Positions 28,169-37,590 of a DNA stretch of 64,000 nucleotides are shown one piece after another. Each line of letters starts with the position of its first letter. The stretch's first letter is position 1. The notes below the pieces were generated by a model. It was given only the letters and a program-made list of their open reading frames with translations, was not told the origin of the DNA and did no database searches. The stretch is from Sphingomonadales bacterium (GTDB lineage Bacteria; Pseudomonadota; Alphaproteobacteria; Sphingomonadales; Sphingomonadaceae), in the NCBI GenBank assembly GCA_038230675.1, contig JBBRMV010000003.1:33744-97743 (forward strand), written 5' to 3'. The position numbers and the translations under genes are program-made.

Positions 28169-29218
28169 TCAGAGTGATCGACGCGCTGGGGCCTCGCAAA
28201 ACCGCCAGAAATCCGCGCTGGGAATGACCATCACGCCTGCCTGGGTCGCGGACTTGCCCGCCTCCAGCGCATCGAGAAGCGCCTCGATGTTGGTCGCATC
28301 GGAGAAATCCGGCCGCGTGATGCGGCAAAAGAGGCGGACCTCGCTGATCGCTGCGCGACTCATCCGCCGCTTCAATTCGCGCGGCAGATCGCTGATATCG
28401 AGCCAGCATTCGTTATCGGGATTGTCGATGTTGAAGGGCGTGACCTTGCGCGTCTGCCACAGCCATTGCTCCATCGCCCGAATGGCCGCATCGGCCTCCG
28501 CCGCATATGCCGCCGAGCGCGCGATCATGTCGGCAGCCAGCCACGCATTGTCGCGCAGCAACGCGCGAAACCGCGTCCTGTCGAAACGGCCATCGGCATT
28601 GCTCGGATCATCGACAAAGGGCAGCGCAAGATCGATCGCCAACTGCCGCAACTCAGCGACGCGCCAGCCGAGCAGCGGGCGCACGAGATCGATCTCGTGG
28701 CCGTGGTCGCGGTCGTGGCCGTGGTCTTCGCCGTCCAGCTTTTGACGCCGCCGAATAGCGGCAAGCCCCGAAACCCCCGACCCGCGCGCTGCGCGCATCA
28801 GGAACGTCTCGGCCTGATCATCGGCGTGATGCGCCGTCGCGAGCGCATGAGCGCCGCCTTCGACCGCCCATCGCCCCAGCAAGCGGTACCGCGCCAGGCG
28901 CGCGCCGGCCTGGACATTGGCAAGCGCAATCGAGTCGTTCGGGGTTAGCGTCGCGTGCGGAACCCCAGCCGCCGCGCACCACGCGGCCACCATCGCCGCC
29001 TCGTCCGCCGCCGCCGTACGGAGCCGGTGATCGACCGTCGCGGCAATCACCCCACCCGGAAAGGCGGCAATCGCAAGCGCCAGCATCGCCATGCTGTCGG
29101 GACCGCCCGACACCGCCAGCGCAATCGGCTCGCCGGCGGCGAGCGCCCTGCCGAGCGCCGCTTCGACATCCGCCCTGAACCGCGCAACCAGCGCCGCATC
29201 TGGCGCCGCTGCGCTCAT
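28169..29218 (-). CDS. tilS: tRNA(Ile)-lysidine synthase
   Basis: AVSGGPDSMA, TVDHRLR, TAHHADDQAETFLMR..RGSG, VRPLL, DDPSN; upstream of ftsH. Confidence 0.94.
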   Translation of the reverse strand: MSAAAPDAALVARFRADVEAALGRALAAGEPIALAVSGGPDSMAMLALAIAAFPGGVIAATVDHRLRTAAADEAAMVAAWCAAAGVPHATLTPNDSIALANVQAGARLARYRLLGRWAVEGGAHALATAHHADDQAETFLMRAARGSGVSGLAAIRRRQKLDGEDHGHDRDHGHEIDLVRPLLGWRVAELRQLAIDLALPFVDDPSNADGRFDRTRFRALLRDNAWLAADMIARSAAYAAEADAAIRAMEQWLWQTRKVTPFNIDNPDNECWLDISDLPRELKRRMSRAAISEVRLFCRITRPDFSDATNIEALLDALEAGKSATQAGVMVIPSADFWRFCEAPARRSL

Positions 29219-29222
29219 CGGT

Positions 29223-30227
29223 TCAGCTGGCCTTGCACTTCTGCTCGGCGCGGCCGCGCGCGATATCGGCCTTCATCGTCGGCGTGATCTTGGCCGCATA
29301 GACCTCGCTTAGCTCGTCATACACCTGGCAGATATCGGCCGACGGCTTGCCGAGCTTCTTCAGCGCAACCGCGAGATAATACAGGCTGTCCGGTGCGCGC
29401 TCGCCATCGTGGAACTTCTTGTAATTGTCGTAGAAAGCGAGCGATGCGAGCGACGGTTTGCCCTCATCCAGATAGGTGCGTCCGAGCAGATTTTGCGCCC
29501 AGCTCGCGCGGCGGTTGGTCGGATATTTGGCGACGACCTGTTTCAGCTGCACCTCCGCTTCGGGATAGAGCTTGGCCTGCCACAAGCGGTAGCCATAGAC
29601 ATAGCCGTCATCGGCGGGATCGTCAGTGGCCGGCCGCTCGACTGCGGCGACCAGTTTTGCTCGCGCCGGATCGACTGGTGCCGGCGATGTCGGTGTCGAT
29701 GGCGACACCGATGCCGGCGCCGGCTTTGGCTTGACGGTGCTTGCAGCCGGTGTCGCCCTGACCGGTGCGGCAGGAGCGGTGGCGGGCAACGTCAACACGC
29801 CTCCTCCTGCTGCGCCAGGCGTCCCTGCTCCCGTGCCGACCGCCTCCTCCAGTGTCTTCAGCCTGGCATCGGTCGATCGGCGATAGGCGGTGAAGGCTTC
29901 GTCGAGCAGTTGAAGTCTGTGCTGCGCCTGCTCGATCTGCCCGGTAAGCGTCGCGATCTGCGAATCGTGCGAATTCACGCGTCCGTTGAGATCGGTCACC
30001 GGGCTGGTCGCCGGTGTGCCCGGGCCGGGTGTGCCGCTTGCATCTGGCGGCGTGATCTGCGGCTCGAAATACTGGCTGTTGCCGCCGGGGAAAACCTTGC
30101 GCTGGACAGCGCGCATCTCACGTTCGAGACGATCCACCCGGCCCTCAACCGCGCTCTGGGCGATCGCCGCGCTAGGGCCCAGGGTCGCGCCAGCCACGAG
30201 GACCATCGCCATCAACAATTTACGCAT
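29223..30227 (-). CDS. cpoB: Tol-Pal/cell division protein CpoB (YbgF) family
   Basis: Signal peptide, coiled coil, C-terminal TPRs (QNLLGRTY, RAPDSLYYLA); ybgF-tilS-ftsH synteny. Confidence 0.82.
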   Translation of the reverse strand: MRKLLMAMVLVAGATLGPSAAIAQSAVEGRVDRLEREMRAVQRKVFPGGNSQYFEPQITPPDASGTPGPGTPATSPVTDLNGRVNSHDSQIATLTGQIEQAQHRLQLLDEAFTAYRRSTDARLKTLEEAVGTGAGTPGAAGGGVLTLPATAPAAPVRATPAASTVKPKPAPASVSPSTPTSPAPVDPARAKLVAAVERPATDDPADDGYVYGYRLWQAKLYPEAEVQLKQVVAKYPTNRRASWAQNLLGRTYLDEGKPSLASLAFYDNYKKFHDGERAPDSLYYLAVALKKLGKPSADICQVYDELSEVYAAKITPTMKADIARGRAEQKCKAS

Positions 30228-30290
30228 CTTACTCCCCCGGTGCCTTATCGCTATCGAGGTATAGCCAAATCCAGCGCCTTGTCGCCAGCC

Positions 30291-31307
30291 CTAAGGATTG
30301 GGCGTCGGCGCAGGGCTTGGCGGCGCGGCGGCGGGTTGGGCCGAGGCGGCATTGGCGCGCGCTGTTTCTTCGGCATCGCTGCTCCGTTTGACGGGTGCCC
30401 CATCGCCGGCAGCCCGCCTGCTCGACCTCGGCCGGGACGATATCGAAAACCGCGACGCTGTTGGGCGGACGCTGTTGGCCGGATCGAACGCCGGCGGGGT
30501 CCCGGTTGGCGATGCCTCAGCGACGGGTCCCGAACCGCTTGCCCGCGCCAACAAAGCCTGGGCACTGATGCCGACATCCTTGATCGCACGCGCGCCATCG
30601 CCGAGCGGCGGCACCGCCGATCCGTTGACCGTCACCACCAGCTTGTCGGGCCGCCCGATATTGATCATCGGGTGATCGGCATCGGCGGGCACTTCATAAC
30701 GCTCGCCGGGTTGCAATTCCTTTTCAAACAGCGATTTACCGCTTGCGTCATAGACCCGCAGCCAGACGACATCGGTTGCGGTGAGCGCCACCTGTCCGCC
30801 AGTCACCGCAGGGGTCGCAGGCACGGGTTCGGCCAATGGCGGTGGCGCAACCTCTGCGACGGTCTCCGCAACCGGGGTGCTGCCATCGCCGCGGAACAGG
30901 CTTGTGCCATACCAGATGCCCACCGCGATCACGATCAGCGCGGCGATGACCCCCACGGTCGTCGCCAGGCCCTTTGGCGGCAGGCGTTTGGGATCCTGCA
31001 TCTCATAAGGCTGATATTCCGAAGGCCGATGCGAAGCGTCCGCCTGTCCGCGAACATCGCGCCCGATCGCCACCTCATCAAGGCCGACCGCGCGGGCATA
31101 GGCCTTGGCAAAACCGATCGAATAGGTCGGCGAGGGAAGGCCCGAATAATCGGACCGCTCGATCGCCTCCAGGTGGCGCATCGGCACGCGCGTGCGTGCG
31201 GCTACCTCGGCAAGCGATAGCCCGCCCGAGTCGCGCGCCTCGCGCAGCCTTTCGCCGGCGGTCTTGGGGAAAAGATTGGCCTCTTCAGCGGGGTCAGCGT
31301 CGGTCAT
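30291..31307 (-). CDS. rodZ: RodZ-like helix-turn-helix membrane protein (DUF4115)
   Basis: GERLREAR...LEAIE HTH, YARAVGLD, single TM, LTATDVVWLRVYD...IGRPDKLVVTVNG domain. Confidence 0.85.
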   Translation of the reverse strand: MTDADPAEEANLFPKTAGERLREARDSGGLSLAEVAARTRVPMRHLEAIERSDYSGLPSPTYSIGFAKAYARAVGLDEVAIGRDVRGQADASHRPSEYQPYEMQDPKRLPPKGLATTVGVIAALIVIAVGIWYGTSLFRGDGSTPVAETVAEVAPPPLAEPVPATPAVTGGQVALTATDVVWLRVYDASGKSLFEKELQPGERYEVPADADHPMINIGRPDKLVVTVNGSAVPPLGDGARAIKDVGISAQALLARASGSGPVAEASPTGTPPAFDPANSVRPTASRFSISSRPRSSRRAAGDGAPVKRSSDAEETARANAASAQPAAAPPSPAPTPNP

Positions 31308-31388
31308 TTTCTGCTCCGGCTTGGCGTACACCGGCTTGCCCGCAAACCGTCGCCAGTGTCAACGCGGTCAAAGCGTTTCACCACGCGA

Positions 31389-33662
31389 TCAGGCCAGTTC
31401 GACATTATTCTCGGTCGCCCACGCCAGCAGGGTCGCCCGCATGTCGCGCGGCGGGGTCGCGATCAGGCTGGCCATTTCTGCCATTAAACGCGTCCGATCG
31501 AGCGACCTGATCATCGCCTTGATCGGGCCGACAGCCGCCGGCGTGATCGACAGGCGCTCGATTCCCAGGCCAATCAGGGCCATCGCCTCCAAGGTGCGCC
31601 CGCCCATTTCGCCGCACACCGCCAGATCGACGCCGGCTGCGTGCGTTGGCGCGATCACCCGGGCCAGAAACCGCAGGATCGACGGGCTCAGCCAATCGTA
31701 GCGCTCGGCGAGTTTGGGGTTGGCGCGGTCGGCAGCGAACAGGAACTGCGTCAAGTCGTTGGTGCCGATCGACAGGAAATCGAGCTTTGGCAGAAGGATA
31801 TCGAGCATTTCCGCCAGCGCCGGCACTTCCAGCATCGCGCCGTACCTGATCTGCGACGGCAGCTTGCGATTACGCGAGGCGAGCCAGGCGCGCTGCGCCT
31901 CGAACAAGGCGTGTGCCTCGTCGAATTCCCACGGTTCGGACACCATCGGGAACATCACGTTCAGAACGCGCCCCCCTGCGGCCTCGATCAAGGCGCGTGC
32001 CTGCGCCTTCATCAACCCGTCGCGTTCGAGCGCGAGCCGCAGCGCCCGCCACCCCATCGCCGGATTTTCCTCATCCGCTGCATCGTCGCGCAGATAGGGC
32101 AGCGCCTTGTCGCCGCCGATATCGACGGTGCGGAAGATGACGGGGCGGCTGCCGGCCATGTCGAGCACGTCGCGGTAGAGCCTTTGCTGGCGCTCGCGCT
32201 GTGGCAGCGTCGCCGACACCAGAAACTGAAATTCGGTGCGAAACAGCCCGATCCCATCGGCGCCCGTGAGATCGAGCGCCGCCACATCGTCGCGAAGCCC
32301 GGCATTGACCATCAACGTCAGCCGCTTGCCGTCCTTCGTCGTCGGCGGCATTTCCTTCATCGCGGCAAAGGACGCGCGGCGTTTCTGGCTGAGCAGCAGC
32401 TTGCCCTCGAACGCCTCTTCGATCACCGGCGTTGGTCGTGCGAAAACATTCCCCGCCGTCACATCGAGCAGCAGGAAATCGCCCTCCCCGATCAGCCTGC
32501 GCACATCCTTTACCCGGCCGAGTACCGGCACCCCCATCGCGCGCGCCACGATCGTCACATGCGCGGTCAGCGATCCTTCCTCGAGGATCACCCCCTTCAG
32601 CCGGCGGCGGTCATATTCGAGCAGTTCGGCAGGACCCAGATTGCGCGCGATCAGGATGGTGTCCTGTCGCAGGCCCATCTGCGCCGCCGTGCCCATCTGG
32701 CCGGAAACGATCCTGAGCAGGCGGTTCGAGAGATCCTCGAGGTCGTGCATGCGTTCTGCGAGCAACGGATCGTCGATCTGGCGCATCCGCATCCGGGTGC
32801 GTTGCTGGACGCGTTCGATCGCCGCCTCGGCGGTCAGCCCGCTGTCGATCGCCTCATTGATGCGCCGGCTCCAGCCCTCGTCATAGGCGAACATCTTGTA
32901 TGTCTGGAGCACCTCGACATGCTCGCCGCCGCCACCGAATTCGGCCTGCGCCGCCATCCGCTCGATCTGTTCGCGCATCTTGTCGAACGCGCCATAGACG
33001 CGGTGCCGCTCGGCCTCGACATCCTCGGCAACGGTGTGTTCCACGGTCACGCGCGGTTGGTGAAACACCGCCGATCCGCGCGCCATGCCGTCGACGAGCT
33101 TCAGCCCCTCGATGCGCGTCGGTGCGGTCGATTGCGGGCGGGTGGTGACGGCGCCGCTCGCATCGATCAGATCGGCGTTGGCGATCAGTTCGGACAGCAC
33201 CATCGCCACGGTCTGCAACGCCTCGACCTCGACATCGTCATAGAGCCGTGGATCGACATGCTGAACGCACAGCACGCCGACGGCACGCTCGCGCCGGATG
33301 ATCGGCACGCCGGCAAAGCTGTGGAACTTGTCCTCGCCGGTTTCGGGCCTGTAGGCGAAATCCGGGTGGGTCGCCGCTTCGGCGAGATTGAGCGTCTCGA
33401 CTTCCTTGGCAATCGTCCCGACCAGCCCTTCGCCAAGCGCCATCTTGGTAACATGCACCGCCGCCTGATCGAGCCCTTGCGTCGCGAACAATTCCAGCAC
33501 GCCTTCACGCAGCAGATAGATCGAACAGACCTCGCTGTTGGTCGCCTCACCGATGATCTGGACGACGCTGTTGAGCTTTGCCTGCGCGGTGGTTCGCGCC
33601 GCCATCACGTCATGAAGGCGCACCAGGATTTCGCGAGCGGAAGCGGCGGCGGAAATGGGCAT
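31389..33662 (-). CDS. ptsP: PEP-protein phosphotransferase EI-Ntr
   Basis: N-terminal GAF; GSLTAHVTIVAR phospho-His, GIGLFRTEF, ENPAMGWRALR, SIGTNDLTQF. Confidence 0.96.
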   Translation of the reverse strand: MPISAAASAREILVRLHDVMAARTTAQAKLNSVVQIIGEATNSEVCSIYLLREGVLELFATQGLDQAAVHVTKMALGEGLVGTIAKEVETLNLAEAATHPDFAYRPETGEDKFHSFAGVPIIRRERAVGVLCVQHVDPRLYDDVEVEALQTVAMVLSELIANADLIDASGAVTTRPQSTAPTRIEGLKLVDGMARGSAVFHQPRVTVEHTVAEDVEAERHRVYGAFDKMREQIERMAAQAEFGGGGEHVEVLQTYKMFAYDEGWSRRINEAIDSGLTAEAAIERVQQRTRMRMRQIDDPLLAERMHDLEDLSNRLLRIVSGQMGTAAQMGLRQDTILIARNLGPAELLEYDRRRLKGVILEEGSLTAHVTIVARAMGVPVLGRVKDVRRLIGEGDFLLLDVTAGNVFARPTPVIEEAFEGKLLLSQKRRASFAAMKEMPPTTKDGKRLTLMVNAGLRDDVAALDLTGADGIGLFRTEFQFLVSATLPQRERQQRLYRDVLDMAGSRPVIFRTVDIGGDKALPYLRDDAADEENPAMGWRALRLALERDGLMKAQARALIEAAGGRVLNVMFPMVSEPWEFDEAHALFEAQRAWLASRNRKLPSQIRYGAMLEVPALAEMLDILLPKLDFLSIGTNDLTQFLFAADRANPKLAERYDWLSPSILRFLARVIAPTHAAGVDLAVCGEMGGRTLEAMALIGLGIERLSITPAAVGPIKAMIRSLDRTRLMAEMASLIATPPRDMRATLLAWATENNVELA

Positions 33663-33743
33663 GAAAACGGGCTAACAGATTGCACGGCAACGCGCCAAGT
33701 TTGCTTTTTTTTCCGGTGTCGCCGCGACATCGAACCCCAGCGG

Positions 33744-34487
33744 TCAGCGCAAGCGAACGTCGCCGCGATCGACCGTGATCCGCCACAAAAATTCGATCCG
33801 CTGTCCGTCGATCGGGCGTCCGTCTCGCCGGCCGGGCGCCATCCGCAACAGCGGAACGGCCGCAAGCACCGCGCGCCGCAGGCCCGGATAAAAGGGCACT
33901 TCGCGCAGCACCCGGCATTTCACCCGGGTATCGAGCGCGATCGTGCATTGCATGCGGTAATCCACCTCGAGCGAGGCCTGCAGCAGATCTTCATCGACCA
34001 GCGGGAAGAATTCGTCATTGGTGACCTTGTGAACCCAGCGCGGGGGCATGAAGCCCGGCGCGCCGCCACCACTCCCGGTGTCGAGGTCGAACACCGCGTC
34101 GCCCTCGCCGGCGATGATCGGGCCGGACCCCGCCAACGGCGCGGCGGGCGGTGCGGCTGCGGGCGCCGGTACTGGCGCCGGTGCGCGCGGCGCAGGATCG
34201 GGCGGCGCGACGGCGCGGGCAACCTCCACGGGCGGCGCCTGCGCGCGCGGCTTCTCGGTTGTCAGATCATCCTGGGGAGTTTCGGCTTCGGACGGCTTGC
34301 CCAGTGGCAACATCTGGACGACGATCGGCGTATCGGCCTGCAGGCGAATGGCGCGCTCGCGTTGCAGGATGAGCAGGAGCAACACCGCCAGATGTAGCAG
34401 AATGACGAGCGCCATCGTGGCAGCGCGGCGGCCAACGGCGGATCGATATCCCGGCGGATCGGACCAGCGAAGGGTGGCGGCAACCAT
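33744..34487 (-). CDS. TonB-like membrane-anchored protein (start uncertain)
   Basis: N-terminal TM with HLA, Pro/Ala-rich linker, C-terminal C..RVLREVP..PG...A...RMAPGRRDGRPIDG..I.F.W resembling a TonB C-terminal domain. Confidence 0.55.
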   Translation of the reverse strand: MVAATLRWSDPPGYRSAVGRRAATMALVILLHLAVLLLLILQRERAIRLQADTPIVVQMLPLGKPSEAETPQDDLTTEKPRAQAPPVEVARAVAPPDPAPRAPAPVPAPAAAPPAAPLAGSGPIIAGEGDAVFDLDTGSGGGAPGFMPPRWVHKVTNDEFFPLVDEDLLQASLEVDYRMQCTIALDTRVKCRVLREVPFYPGLRRAVLAAVPLLRMAPGRRDGRPIDGQRIEFLWRITVDRGDVRLR

Positions 34488-34523
34488 GCCGTAGGATAGC
34501 GGTCAACACCGCTTCTACACAAT

Positions 34524-34787
34524 ATGACGCACCTTTCGGTGCGGGACTTGACGCCCGATCGCAACGCGTGGATCGTCGATGGGATCATGAGTAAAAATGT
34601 GCAAATGAAGTATATCGAGAACGAAGGGGCGCTTTTACGGGGCTTAGCGCGAGGCTGGCCCGAAGAGGTATGGAGCGCGCGCGAACGTAAATTCTTGCCC
34701 TACAAAGGCACGGTTCCCAAAGGCGTCGAATGGGGCGAATTTATCAGCGACGAAGAGGCGCAAGCGATTATGAATTTTGAGCCCTAG
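34524..34787 (+). CDS. Small hypothetical protein, low GC (true start may be 34587 or 34605)
   Basis: Open frame filling an otherwise empty gap; 34581-34780 counted at about 52% GC; no recognised family. Confidence 0.5.
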   Translation: MTHLSVRDLTPDRNAWIVDGIMSKNVQMKYIENEGALLRGLARGWPEEVWSARERKFLPYKGTVPKGVEWGEFISDEEAQAIMNFEP

Positions 34788-34853
34788 CCCACGCCGCATC
34801 GTAAATCCTGCGTTTGCGATAGCAGCGGCTGGTCTAGAGACGCTTTTGTCGGA

Positions 34854-35582
34854 TCAGGGCGTCTTAAACACCGACGGATTGATAGCAATCCGTGGCGGCT
34901 TGCCGGTCGGCGTCGTCGCCGCGACGCCAATCGACGCGCCTGTGCGCGCATAGCTGGCGAATTGCGGATTGGCGCGCGCCTCCCGCCAGCTGTCATAAGC
35001 GCGGTAGAAATCGGTGAAGGGCGCATCGAGCAGGGGAACGGCGCGCGCTGCATAATCGGCGATCGCGTCGGGCTGCACCAAGGCAATCTCGCTCGCGACC
35101 CGGGCGGCGGCGTTGCAAAATCCCGCCTGTGCAGGCGGTTGCGCAAAGTAATTATAGAGCTTGGTCATCGCCCCGTCATAGGCCGCGCGGTCGGCGTCGG
35201 AGCCGTGAAATTCGCCGATCAATCTGCGCTCGGCGGCGGCAAGCGTGGTTTTGCGGCTGCGGATCCACTGGTTGTAACTCGACACCAGGAGATGTTCGGA
35301 AGCGCCCCGGCAACCAAGCGCTGCGACATTCATCGCCACGCGCAGATGCCAGACAGCCGCGTCGGCAGACAAACCCTCGTTCGGCGTTGGATAGCTGCCG
35401 TCTGCGCGGCGCTGCGGAATCGTCAGATTGGCCGAGGCCCCGCCCGGAGGCAAAAGTGTCGGCGCATAGGCCGGCGCAGGCGCGAACGCAGTGAGGGCAG
35501 TCGCGGGCTTTTTCGACGCGCATCCTGCAAGCATCGCCGCCATGACGGCAACCGCCATACCAGCCAGACGACGATCGATCAT
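34854..35582 (-). CDS. Hypothetical lipoprotein
   Basis: Lipobox LAGC; HLRVAMNVAALGC, YNYFAQPPAQAGFC motifs; no function recognised. Confidence 0.7.
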   Translation of the reverse strand: MIDRRLAGMAVAVMAAMLAGCASKKPATALTAFAPAPAYAPTLLPPGGASANLTIPQRRADGSYPTPNEGLSADAAVWHLRVAMNVAALGCRGASEHLLVSSYNQWIRSRKTTLAAAERRLIGEFHGSDADRAAYDGAMTKLYNYFAQPPAQAGFCNAAARVASEIALVQPDAIADYAARAVPLLDAPFTDFYRAYDSWREARANPQFASYARTGASIGVAATTPTGKPPRIAINPSVFKTP

Positions 35583-35681
35583 ACCCCGGTCCCCCCGCTG
35601 CCCAATCAGCGAAAAGACCTTCAGCGTGAAACTCTTAAGGCTTGGTTAGCCGTGCGATGGAACGAGCCGGCTAGGCGCCCA

Positions 35682-36713
35682 TCAGGCCGCGCGCTTTTCG
35701 AGCGCCGCTGCGGCCTCTGCCATCAGCTGTGCGATGATCTCGGCCACAGGCTCCTCGCGCGTGACCATGCCGACCGACTGGCCCGCCATCAGGCTGCCAT
35801 GCTCGATATCCCCATCGATCACCGCGCGGCGCAAGGCACCTGCCCAATAATGTTCGATCTGCAACTGCGCTTCGCCCATCTCGACGGTTCCTGCATCGAG
35901 CAAGGCCGCGACTTCGCGCTGCTTGGCGGTGAACAGATCGCCGCCGGCATTCTTCAGCGCGCGGACGGGGATGACGGGCAAGCGCGGATCGATCTGCACG
36001 CTCGCCACCGCATCGCGCGCCGATGCGCGGAAAAACGCCTTTTTGAACGCCGGATGCGCGATGCTTTCGGTGGCGCACGCAAAGCGCGTGCCGAGCTGGA
36101 CCCCGGCTGCCCCCATATCCAGATAGCCAGCGATTGCCGATCCCCTGCCGATGCCGCCGGCGACGAACACCGGCACCTGTTCGGCAACCTCGGGCAAAAT
36201 CTCTTGCGCAAGGACACTCGTGGAGACCGGGCCGATATGCCCGCCGGCCTCCATCCCCTCGACCACCAGCGCATCGACGCCTGACCGGATAAGCTTTTTC
36301 GCAAGGCTGAGCGCGGGTGCAAAACAGATGACCTTTGCCCCCGACGCCTTGATCGCATCGAGCGCGCCTGTGGGCGGCAATCCGCCCGCCAGCACGATAT
36401 GCGTAACACCGTGCCCGGCACAAACCGCGATCAGCTCGAACAATTGCGGATGCATCGTGATCAGGTTGACGCCGAACGGCTTGTCCGTGAGCGCCTTCGT
36501 CGCGGCGATTTCGCCATCAAGCAATTCTGGCGACATCGCCCCGCACGCGATCAGCCCGAAGCCGCCGGCGTTGGAGATGGCGGAGACGAGATGGCGTTCG
36601 CTCACCCACGACATCGCGCCACAGATGATGGCGGTTTCGGAACCGAGGAAGGCGCAGCCGCGGGACATGCGGTTGGCGAGGCGGGGCGCGCCGTCGGTGC
36701 GGGTCTGGATCAT
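35682..36713 (-). CDS. Nitronate monooxygenase/FabK-like flavin oxidoreductase
   Basis: IICGAMSWVS, GGFGLIA, PFGVNLI, EGMEAGGHIG, VAGGI, GVQLGTRF, SLMAGQSVG. Confidence 0.88.
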   Translation of the reverse strand: MIQTRTDGAPRLANRMSRGCAFLGSETAIICGAMSWVSERHLVSAISNAGGFGLIACGAMSPELLDGEIAATKALTDKPFGVNLITMHPQLFELIAVCAGHGVTHIVLAGGLPPTGALDAIKASGAKVICFAPALSLAKKLIRSGVDALVVEGMEAGGHIGPVSTSVLAQEILPEVAEQVPVFVAGGIGRGSAIAGYLDMGAAGVQLGTRFACATESIAHPAFKKAFFRASARDAVASVQIDPRLPVIPVRALKNAGGDLFTAKQREVAALLDAGTVEMGEAQLQIEHYWAGALRRAVIDGDIEHGSLMAGQSVGMVTREEPVAEIIAQLMAEAAAALEKRAA

Positions 36714-36760
36714 CGCACGGCCCCTAGCCTTGGCTTCGGGCTTGAGGCAAGTAGCGACCT

Positions 36761-37555
36761 ATGATCCGGCGATCGCCTGCCCGAGCCGACCGAGCGGTCC
36801 GATCCGCTACATTGGTGCCGGCGCTCGCCGCTGGCCGGGGAGACCGATTGCTGACGCTGTGGCAACGCTGGCGCAACTTTTTCGAGGAAATCACGATCGT
36901 CGTGCTCGGCGTGTTGATCGCGCTGGGTGCCGACAGCATCGCCTCATCGCTGCGCGACCGAAGCGGGTCGGCCGACGCGCGCGCCACGATTCGCGACGAA
37001 CTGGCGGAAAATCTCGGGCGAATGCAGCAGCGCGACGCGACGCGCGACTGCGTTGACCGCCGACTAAGCGAGCTTGCCGGCTATCTCGACCGGGTTGCCG
37101 CCGGCGAGCGGGTGCCGGCCCTCCACTGGATCGGCCGCCCGCAGGTCTGGCCGATGCTCGAAAGCCGCTGGTCGGCAACCGCCAGTGCCGGCAAGGCGAG
37201 CCTGTTGTCGTCAAAGGAACAGGGCGGCTACGGCGCCATTTACGCCAATATCCGTGATTTCCAGAATAATCAGACAACCGAGCAGCTTGCCTGGGCGCAG
37301 TTGCGCCAGATCGCCGATCATCCGCGCATCACCCCGCAACAGGATGCGGTGCTGCGCAGCGCTCTGCAGAACGCGCGCTATGCCGCCTGGCTCAGCCATA
37401 TCATCGTATGGCAGGTTACCCAGGATTCGGCCCGGCTTGGCATTGCGCCGGCCACCGAGATGAAGGGTTCGCGGTCGATCTGTATCCCGACCGAAACTCC
37501 CTTTGACGATGCCGTGCGAGGAGCGGGTGCCAGTCAGTTCGGGGAACCGCGCTAA
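36761..37555 (+). CDS. Membrane-anchored hypothetical protein (start uncertain)
   Basis: EITIVVLGVLIALGA anchor followed by helical periplasmic domain. Confidence 0.65.
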   Translation: MIRRSPARADRAVRSATLVPALAAGRGDRLLTLWQRWRNFFEEITIVVLGVLIALGADSIASSLRDRSGSADARATIRDELAENLGRMQQRDATRDCVDRRLSELAGYLDRVAAGERVPALHWIGRPQVWPMLESRWSATASAGKASLLSSKEQGGYGAIYANIRDFQNNQTTEQLAWAQLRQIADHPRITPQQDAVLRSALQNARYAAWLSHIIVWQVTQDSARLGIAPATEMKGSRSICIPTETPFDDAVRGAGASQFGEPR

Positions 37556-37590
37556 AGCCTGACGACGTTACCTTGACCCGGCCGCACCGC

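Noticed and set aside
26650-31220. Long plus-strand ORFs (525 aa, 603 aa) opposite ftsH, cpoB and rodZ
   Set aside because: Shadow frames of conserved minus-strand genes.
31641-34397. 918-aa plus-strand ORF
   Set aside because: Antisense to ptsP and the TonB-like gene, whose motifs are unambiguous.
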